Source: a virus
Lineage: Duplodnaviria; Heunggongvirae; Uroviricota; Caudoviricetes
Reading direction: 5' to 3' (one strand)
Length of the DNA stretch: 33,490 nt
Virus record (IMG/VR): IMGVR_UViG_2667527975_000008
The notes under the pieces are model-generated. The model made no database searches, was not told the origin of the DNA, and worked only from the letters and a program-made list of their open reading frames with translations. The translations under genes were made by a program, and so were the position numbers. This document shows positions 26,887-33,490 of the stretch, piece after piece (position 1 is the first letter of the stretch; the number at the start of each line of letters is the position of its first letter).

Positions 26887-29166
26887 TTACTCAAATTGAT
26901 GCCAAAATCCCGGCCACTCATCAGCGACCGGATACGTGAATTTTTTCCCGTCATAATTTACGGTCGCGCCACGCGCCAGCGCCTCAAGCTCCCATCGCTG
27001 CGGCCTGATACCGTTCTGAGCAAGGTCAACGCGGATACGGGTGATTTGCAATCGTTCAGACCGGCTCAGTCTGGCCGATGGTGCAATTTCATACGGTTTT
27101 AACGGGCTTCCATTTCTTTGCTGACGGTTTGGTCTTCTCAGGCCGTGTTTTAATGCGCCCCTGAGCGCCCTCACGACCTCCGGGTCATTCCATTCGATAA
27201 CACCGTCATCAACCAGATTAAGCACTGCTGCGGCGTGCTCAGAAGGCGTGGAAGCCGGTAACGAAGTATCACCACCAGTAAGCTTTCCACAGTTATTGAC
27301 AGGACTCCGAGGCGCGGCGATGCCGCTTTTTAAAGTCAAAGGCTCAACGACCGGAACTTTCGGAACAATGCGCCAGTCCGTCGTTCTGGTGATATGAATA
27401 TGACGCGCGCCGAGATGCGGCGCGTAAATGCCGACCACTCTCTCGACTTCTTCCTCGTACTCGTTAACTTCATCCGACGGGCTACGGGCAACCCTGACAG
27501 TCTGACAATCGCGCGGGACATTTGCCCCACCCTGCGCGCTGATATACAACGCAAAATCACCACTGTCTGCGGCGGCGCGTGCAGCCTCGACGCGTTCGTC
27601 AAACTCATCAGCAATGCTGACGCCGCGAGGCAATTTGCGTAGTTCACGGTAAGCGCCCATTGTCGGCAGGCCAACCGTTTTAAATTGCGGGATACGCCAC
27701 GTTGACGCCCATGCGGTAACAGCCGCTGCAGTGTCTTTCAGCGGCCTGCCGGTATCGTTATCGAGCTGACCATCCAGTGCATAGCCGTCGATGTTTTTTG
27801 AGATGTATTTCGCGATATACCCCGCAGCACCGCCCCGGTTAAGGTGTTTTGCCTGAAAACGGTTTCGCGCAGCTCCTCTTTCGTCGCCATCCTCTTTGAG
27901 TGCGTAGCGACGCATGATTTCGATAATCTGGTTACGCTGGCGCGGATTACAAAAAAGCATCATATGCCAGTGCGGCGTTCCGTCGTGGTGTGGCTCGACG
28001 ACACGCAAACCGTAGACCTGTAAATCATTATCCTTGAATGCCGTGCGCATCAGGCTCCAGATATGGCAGAGATAACGCTGCGCATCCTTTGGATTAAATG
28101 CCTCATCGTTCCAGCCGTGATTTAGCTGGACGGTTTTACTTTCGCCTTTTCCGACCTGACGTGTCGGGTGATACTTTGACGGCGCGGTCAGCGTGATAAA
28201 CATCCCCACATCACCCTCTGCTGCGGCGTAACGCTCAATACCGGCAATGGTGTTCATCAGCTCCATCCGGCGAATTTCAGGATTAGAAATACTGCCCATC
28301 ACCTTACTGATAAGGTCGATGCGCTCGCCGGTTTCCCTGTTTTCAAGGTCACACGATTTAAGAAATTCCAGATTTGCCTGGCGGCGTGCACGTACATCAC
28401 GAATGGCATGTTTACTGGCATAAGGAGAACGGTCTTTATTCACCTCCCCGACAGCAATCAGTAACGCCTCATGCCAGCGCATACGCTGGCCTTTAAGCTG
28501 ATGAGTCCACCACTCATCGTTAAACAGACGGGCAATGGCAGAATATGCCTGCCTCGTGGTCATCTGTCCTTTACGGTATTTTTTCCAGTAGAGAGGGGAA
28601 ATATTGAAAGCTCGTGCAGCGCCAGCAACATGACCATACAGGTGATCCTGAGCCTCATCCGTAAACAGTGATTCTTTTTCGCCATGCGCATCCACCCAGG
28701 CATCGCTGAGTTCCTCATACATCATGAAAAGCTGCGATGAGATACGGGCGGCAAACTTTTTCAGCTCCTTGTCATTCATTCCCGGCAGGCGCGCATAGTG
28801 GTCACGCTCTGCCAGAAACAGCAACGACGCGTCGGTGTTCATTTCATGGCGCTGATTCACACGCTCAATGCGCGGCCATAAACGACGCTGAAAAGTGGAT
28901 GTGAGGAAATAAAACCCGTGCACCGGGCTTTTATTGCGCCGGATGTAGTCATAGCGTGAAGTAAACAGCGAGCGCAAAAAGTAAGGCAGGCGGTTAATCG
29001 TGGATAAAACACCTTGCACCTGACGCATCTCGTCACGTGTAAGGGGTCTTTCGCGCCCGACGGCCTCGCGTGGCGCGTTCCATGCATAAGCACCGGTAAA
29101 CGTCTTACCGGTGCCTGCGGCAAATGCTGACGGAGGGACAAAACGCCCGGAGGCTTTAACGACCAT
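26887..29166 (-). CDS. A: Replication initiation protein A (rolling-circle nickase)
   Basis: Product from MVVKASGRFVPPSAFAAGTGK...; large ORF downstream of B/orf80-83. Confidence 0.9.
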   Translation of the reverse strand: MVVKASGRFVPPSAFAAGTGKTFTGAYAWNAPREAVGRERPLTRDEMRQVQGVLSTINRLPYFLRSLFTSRYDYIRRNKSPVHGFYFLTSTFQRRLWPRIERVNQRHEMNTDASLLFLAERDHYARLPGMNDKELKKFAARISSQLFMMYEELSDAWVDAHGEKESLFTDEAQDHLYGHVAGAARAFNISPLYWKKYRKGQMTTRQAYSAIARLFNDEWWTHQLKGQRMRWHEALLIAVGEVNKDRSPYASKHAIRDVRARRQANLEFLKSCDLENRETGERIDLISKVMGSISNPEIRRMELMNTIAGIERYAAAEGDVGMFITLTAPSKYHPTRQVGKGESKTVQLNHGWNDEAFNPKDAQRYLCHIWSLMRTAFKDNDLQVYGLRVVEPHHDGTPHWHMMLFCNPRQRNQIIEIMRRYALKEDGDERGAARNRFQAKHLNRGGAAGYIAKYISKNIDGYALDGQLDNDTGRPLKDTAAAVTAWASTWRIPQFKTVGLPTMGAYRELRKLPRGVSIADEFDERVEAARAAADSGDFALYISAQGGANVPRDCQTVRVARSPSDEVNEYEEEVERVVGIYAPHLGARHIHITRTTDWRIVPKVPVVEPLTLKSGIAAPRSPVNNCGKLTGGDTSLPASTPSEHAAAVLNLVDDGVIEWNDPEVVRALRGALKHGLRRPNRQQRNGSPLKPYEIAPSARLSRSERLQITRIRVDLAQNGIRPQRWELEALARGATVNYDGKKFTYPVADEWPGFWHQFE

Positions 29167-29431
29167 ATGAGCCAAAAGCCTCTGAACAACGCTTGCTGAG
29201 TTGCTCAACCTGCGCGTTTAAATCAGCAAAAGACTTTGCGCTTCCGGTCAGAATATCGTGATGCATCAGGCCGGAAACGAGCTGGCTTAATTTCGGGTAA
29301 TAACCAACCACCGCCAGCCATTCCTGACCGGCGTTTTTACCACTTTCCGCTCTCTTTTTCTCGTGGAGAATAAACTGAAAGCTGTCACTGGTAACGACAT
29401 AACGTTCGCCAATTTCAATACGAATACTCAT
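29156..29431 (-). CDS. P2 orf83-like early protein
   Basis: 91-aa ORF in the conserved position between orf82 and A. Confidence 0.6.
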   Translation of the reverse strand: MSIRIEIGERYVVTSDSFQFILHEKKRAESGKNAGQEWLAVVGYYPKLSQLVSGLMHHDILTGSAKSFADLNAQVEQLSKRCSEAFGSYGR

Positions 29432-29652
29432 GCCGTTCTCCGGTAATGTTTGTTTTTTGCTTCAAAGACTGACTGACAGGAAACACAACGCGTGGCTGAC
29501 GGATAAGCCGCACGACGGGCAGCAGGTATTGGCGCGTCACACTCTTCGCAAACCAGCGCAGAAGCACCGCAATGTTTTACCCTTGCCGCGTTAATCTGGC
29601 GCTCCAGTAATTCAGCCTGTTGTTCCTGAATAAAATCTACGTTGTCCGGCAT
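29428..29652 (-). CDS. P2 orf82-like C4 zinc-finger protein (TraR/DksA-type)
   Basis: CGASALVCEECDAPIPAARR...CVSCQ four-Cys motif; early-operon position. Confidence 0.7.
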   Translation of the reverse strand: MPDNVDFIQEQQAELLERQINAARVKHCGASALVCEECDAPIPAARRAAYPSATRCVSCQSVFEAKNKHYRRTA

Positions 29653-29957
29653 TACCAGTTCCTTTTGTCGTTAAGGTTTTTAAATTCATCAGCGCAATAG
29701 CTGGCGATTTCTGTCGTTAATTTCGTCAGTTCATCCACGGAGGAGATTTGCTTGTGAAACACAGCGCGTTTAACAAGTAAATTGACCACATCAGACAGGA
29801 GATTTAATTCGTTCTGATAAATCGCGATAACAGACTCAGTTATTTCGCGTTTTTCTTTATCAAGACCAAGTTGAATAAGAGACAAATCGCCATTTTTCAT
29901 AACGGCGATTTTTAAGGCGTTATTCAGTAATACAACTGAACGAGAACAGGACATCAA
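29652..29957 (-). CDS. P2 orf81-like early protein
   Basis: 101-aa ORF translationally coupled to its neighbours in the early operon. Confidence 0.6.
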   Translation of the reverse strand: MMSCSRSVVLLNNALKIAVMKNGDLSLIQLGLDKEKREITESVIAIYQNELNLLSDVVNLLVKRAVFHKQISSVDELTKLTTEIASYCADEFKNLNDKRNW

Positions 29958-30178
29958 AGCACCTCCCCGCGAGACAATCCGATATTGTGAAATTTTTCCG
30001 ACTCCTGACTGAGCAGCTCGACTATCTCCACGCGGGATAACTCCGCCTTTGTGATGTGGCGAATCATGGCGTCAAGATGAGAAGAAAAGCGCGTCGCTGC
30101 GTCGGCCTGTGCTTCGGTTCTGGCCTGTTGCAGCAGTAATGCGTATTTACCGCACTGATTTTCAGAAACTGTATGCAT
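29954..30178 (-). CDS. P2 orf80-like early protein
   Basis: Product from [15 protein letters not shown]...; start at the internal Met. Confidence 0.6.
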   Translation of the reverse strand: MHTVSENQCGKYALLLQQARTEAQADAATRFSSHLDAMIRHITKAELSRVEIVELLSQESEKFHNIGLSRGEVL

Positions 30179-30241
30179 GACTTTCTCCAGGCAAAAAGAA
30201 GCCCCGCACAATTAAGTGCGTTAAAAACTCTGGTTAATTAC

Positions 30242-30742
30242 TTAATGCAGATATTGCTCTGGTTTTACCGACGTCAGAATTGTCGGTGCATACTCAAACA
30301 GACTGAATAATTCACGTAATGCACGGAATAAAGCATCACGCCAGTAACATGATTCTTCATTAATGCGCCAGTACGGCTGATTGAATTCTTTTTCTGTCAA
30401 TCCCGCATGCATAAATAAAGTGCGACGCTGACTGACTGTTAAAAAACTAATATATGCATACTCACTCGCGCCAACCTGACGGCGTTTTGAGAATGCCCCA
30501 CGCAATTCATCAATTGCACATACCAGTCGTTCACGTTCGACGTCGTTCATTTCTTCAAAACGCATCGTTGCGTGACGCTGTTTTAACTGAGCATGGAAGC
30601 AAACCGTTAACCGTTCGCGCTCCATCATCTGATTATAATAATCACATGTCTCCTGCCAGCGAGGGACGGCCAGATGCTTACCAATTATCCGGCGCATAGC
30701 TGCTGGCTGTTTTTCAACGAGATTGAGCGTCATCACTGTCAT
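30242..30742 (-). CDS. B: Replication protein B (helicase loader)
   Basis: Product from MTVMTLNLVEKQPAAMRRIIGKHLAVPRWQ..., matching the P2 gpB N-terminus as recalled. Confidence 0.85.
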   Translation of the reverse strand: MTVMTLNLVEKQPAAMRRIIGKHLAVPRWQETCDYYNQMMERERLTVCFHAQLKQRHATMRFEEMNDVERERLVCAIDELRGAFSKRRQVGASEYAYISFLTVSQRRTLFMHAGLTEKEFNQPYWRINEESCYWRDALFRALRELFSLFEYAPTILTSVKPEQYLH

Positions 30743-30933
30743 TTCCATACCCTCCGGCTTTTCAGAAAGGTCAGAGCCTTTTTTAACGGACTTTGTTTTT
30801 TGGTACGGATAATGATTCCCTTACGCCCCTTACCGTGGGTGATGGTGAAGTCAAACGCCCTGGGGCTTTCGTTACGCAGTAACTGAGCAATACAACGAGG
30901 CTCATTCATACGGTTCTCCTTAACGTGGTTCAC
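30739..30933 (-). CDS. P2 orf78-like small early protein
   Basis: Small basic ORF between cox and B; exact start uncertain. Confidence 0.55.
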   Translation of the reverse strand: MNHVKENRMNEPRCIAQLLRNESPRAFDFTITHGKGRKGIIIRTKKQSPLKKALTFLKSRRVWK

Positions 30934-31195
30934 CGAGACCTAACCACATCAACCAGCCGTCACGAATCTCTTTAGGGCGGCTTTCATAAGCCAGTTTTAG
31001 TCCGTTATTCCATGCCGGAAGGTATACCCAATATTCACCTGCACGACCTGAAGCTGATTGTGGATCGGTCATATCAATTACAGGCAGCTTTCCTTTATCG
31101 ATCATCCGACGAACCGCTCCTGTCGATTTTCCTATTAGTTTTGCGAACTCCTGATAAGGAATCGCATCAGTCATGAGTGTTACTTGCTTGCTCAT
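30920..31195 (-). CDS. cox: Cox (excisionase / repressor of Pc)
   Basis: 91-aa product MSKQVTLMTDAIPYQEFAKLIGKSTGAVRRMI... with HTH; divergent from C. Confidence 0.9.
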   Translation of the reverse strand: MSKQVTLMTDAIPYQEFAKLIGKSTGAVRRMIDKGKLPVIDMTDPQSASGRAGEYWVYLPAWNNGLKLAYESRPKEIRDGWLMWLGLGEPR

Positions 31196-31276
31196 GTCGT
31201 CCTCCAGCCCTCATGAATTGCGTTTAATGCCTTATAATGCCTTTTAGTGCCCACATCCAAGCACTAAACAATCTAC

Positions 31277-31306
31277 ATCTAAACTAAATACTATTGAGAT
31301 CTAAAC
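31277..31306. promoter_or_regulatory. C repressor operator: two 8-bp direct repeats (atctaaac) spaced 22 bp centre to centre, in the Pe/Pc switch region
   Basis: atctaaac at 31277..31284 and 31299..31306; this direct-repeat architecture matches the P2 immunity operator as I recall it. Confidence 0.6.
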
Positions 31307-31309
31307 ACC

Positions 31310-31609
31310 ATGTCAAACACGATAAGCGAGAAGATAGTCTTAATGCGAAAATCAGAGTATTTGAGCAGACAACAACTTGCTGATTTAACAGGGGTTCCGT
31401 ATGGCACGCTGAGTTACTATGAAAGTGGTCGTTCAACACCTCCAACAGATGTCATGATGAACATCCTGCAGACCCCACAATTCACCAAATACACTTTATG
31501 GTTCATGACCAATCAGATCGCTCCTGAGTCCGGGCAAATTGCGCCCGCTCTCGCACACTTTGGGCAAAACGAAACAACGTCGCCCCACTCCGGTCAAAAG
31601 ACTGGTTAA
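31310..31609 (+). CDS. C: Immunity repressor C
   Basis: 99-aa product MSNTISEKIVLMRKSEYLSRQQLADLTGVPYGTLSYYESGRS..., recognised as P2 C. Confidence 0.9.
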   Translation: MSNTISEKIVLMRKSEYLSRQQLADLTGVPYGTLSYYESGRSTPPTDVMMNILQTPQFTKYTLWFMTNQIAPESGQIAPALAHFGQNETTSPHSGQKTG

Positions 31610-31724
31610 CAATTCATCGTGAATATATTCATTACAAGTGCCTACTATTGGTGGCTAAATTTCAGCCACCACGAAAAAAGCGATTAGTAGTCGCAAAAAA
31701 TCACACCACTCGGAGGGTTTTCTG

Positions 31725-32738
31725 ATGGCAATCAAAAAACTCGATGATGGTCGATATGAAGTGGACATCCGCCCTACTGGACGTAATGGAAAACGCATCC
31801 GTAGGAAGTTTGATAAGAAAAGCGAAGCTGTCGCTTTCGAGAAATACACGTTGTACAACCACCACAATAAAGAATGGCTATCAAAACCAACAGACAAACG
31901 ACGTCTGTCGGAACTGACACAGATCTGGTGGGATTTAAAGGGTAAACACGAAGAGCATGGGAAATCTAATCTTGGAAAAATTGAAATCTTCACAAAAATA
32001 ACGAATGACCCATGCGCATTTCAAATCACGAAATCCCTTATCAGCCAGTACTGCGCCACCCGAAGAAGTCAGGGTATTAAACCTTCGAGTATCAATCGTG
32101 ATTTAACATGTATTAGCGGCATGTTTACAGCCCTGATTGAAGCGGAGTTATTCTTTGGTGAGCACCCTATCAGAGGGACAAAGAGGCTTAAGGAGGAAAA
32201 ACCAGAAACAGGCTATCTCACACAGGAAGAAATTGCCTTACTGCTTGCAGCACTTGACGGCGACAATAAAAAGATTGCGATTCTTTGCCTGAGTACAGGA
32301 GCACGTTGGGGAGAAGCAGCTCGTTTGAAAGCAGAAAATATCATCCATAACCGCGTCACGTTTGTTAAAACGAAAACAAACAAACCACGCACCGTCCCGA
32401 TCTCAGAGGCTGTTGCCAAAATGATCGCGGATAACAAACGAGGTTTTTTATTCCCTGATGCTGATTACCCTCGCTTCAGACGAACAATGAAAGCAATAAA
32501 ACCGGATTTGCCAATGGGGCAAGCCACACATGCACTAAGGCACAGCTTTGCCACTCATTTCATGATTAATGGAGGAAGTATTATTACGCTACAACGGATA
32601 CTAGGTCACACGCGGATTGAGCAAACGATGGTTTACGCTCATTTTGCGCCAGAGTACCTTCAGGACGCCATTTCTCTTAATCCGCTAAGAGGTGGTACTG
32701 AGGCCGAGAGTGTCCACACAGTGTCCACAGTAGAGTAA
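31725..32738 (+). CDS. int: Tyrosine integrase
   Basis: 337-aa ORF with the C-terminal R..H-x-x-R..Y catalytic region (HALRHSFATH...MVYAH); adjacent to att. Confidence 0.9.
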   Translation: MAIKKLDDGRYEVDIRPTGRNGKRIRRKFDKKSEAVAFEKYTLYNHHNKEWLSKPTDKRRLSELTQIWWDLKGKHEEHGKSNLGKIEIFTKITNDPCAFQITKSLISQYCATRRSQGIKPSSINRDLTCISGMFTALIEAELFFGEHPIRGTKRLKEEKPETGYLTQEEIALLLAALDGDNKKIAILCLSTGARWGEAARLKAENIIHNRVTFVKTKTNKPRTVPISEAVAKMIADNKRGFLFPDADYPRFRRTMKAIKPDLPMGQATHALRHSFATHFMINGGSIITLQRILGHTRIEQTMVYAHFAPEYLQDAISLNPLRGGTEAESVHTVSTVE

Positions 32739-32817
32739 CGTTTAAGGGCTTTCAGTGGTAATTTATGCCGCTCAAACCCGCATTGTACCGTTGAAAGCCC
32801 CTACTGTTGACACCCTA

Positions 32818-32844
32818 AATCTCCCTTACACAGGCTTATTTTTT
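32818..32844. repeat. Prophage att core, int-proximal
   Basis: aatctcccttacacaggcttatttttt, a direct repeat of 1507..1533 with 2 differences. Confidence 0.8.
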
Positions 32845-33172
32845 ATGCATAAGCCCTATCCCTGGTCACCGTCTTCCATTGACCACATCGATAGAATCTC
32901 CCTTAATAGCACGATGCCTTTCACTTATCGACATCGTGCTCGCACAGGTTCCGGTTACGCACAGCCAGAACGCGCATGTTTGACGCTTACCAAAAAATGA
33001 ACCTAAAGCATTGGAATATTTTTGACATCATTTTCTGATGGCTGCATAAAATAAAAATTCTGCTTTAGTTTCATCTATCTGTTTGTCATTATTACTCACA
33101 TTCAATAATGGTGTTGAAGAATATCCCATCACAGATAAAATAAATATGTGCATGGTAGTCTTGAATCTATTC

Positions 33173-33490
33173 TCACTCTCCACATTTGAATGTCAGACGA
33201 GCAACGCCATGTAATCCTGCACCTTCTGTCTTCAATTTAACTATCTGCATTTTTTTGCCCTGAGTAACACAGAAATGGGCTGCATCATTTTTTACTATAT
33301 TTTCTGCACCAGATATTCTGCCCCTGGCTAAAGAAGCTTCGGCTTCGGTGTAGTATTGGTTATCGAGTTTACGCTGAATATTACTTTTATATGCAAGACC
33401 AAATTTACCGATACTTGTCTCATCATTATGTACAGCACACCCAGACATAAGAAAAATACTAATTAATGATATAGCAGCTATCTTTTTCAT
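33173..33490 (-). CDS. yegR: Lipoprotein YegR (host)
   Basis: 105-aa ORF with signal peptide and lipobox (LMSGC); start codon at the last bases of the window. Confidence 0.75.
   Translation of the reverse strand: MKKIAAISLISIFLMSGCAVHNDETSIGKFGLAYKSNIQRKLDNQYYTEAEASLARGRISGAENIVKNDAAHFCVTQGKKMQIVKLKTEGAGLHGVARLTFKCGE

Noticed and set aside
32755-33000. 81-aa plus-strand ORF spanning the int-proximal att core
   Set aside because: It crosses the prophage/host junction and has no RBS; it is most likely spurious.
1-33490. CRISPR arrays, tRNA or rRNA genes, retron reverse transcriptase, IS elements
   Set aside because: No regularly spaced direct repeats, no tRNA-like structures at the att sites (integration is into cyaR), no RT motifs, and no transposase-like ORFs or terminal inverted repeats were seen.

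Overview
This window is a complete P2-like (Peduovirus-type) temperate prophage, about 31.3 kb, integrated at the 3' end of the CyaR sRNA gene between host genes yegQ/trhP (1..1362) and yegR (33173..33490). It is bounded by 27-bp att core direct repeats at 1507..1533 and 32818..32844. Gene order is the canonical P2 prophage order read right to left: int-C / cox-orf78-B-orf80-83-A / accessory locus / cos / Q-P / O-N-M-L-X-Y-K-lysA-lysB-lysC-R-S / cargo / V-W-J-I-H-tfa / invertase / FI-FII-E(E')-T-U-D-ogr. Three things stand out beyond the conserved backbone. First, an AT-rich accessory island sits between cos and replication gene A (24362..26886), the position occupied by tin/old in P2, and carries genes I cannot assign to a known family; this is the best candidate for an undescribed anti-phage system. 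Second, a single AT-rich gene with a clear HNH nuclease motif is inserted between tail genes S and V (14240..14995). Third, a Gin/Cin-type serine invertase with an invertible tail-fibre segment and identifiable crossover sites occupies the Z/fun position. All calls come from reading the sequence and the ORF translations against remembered P2 proteins; no database search was run. Near 14.9-15.0 kb my manual base count disagrees with the ORF track by 1 nt; I kept the track coordinates.
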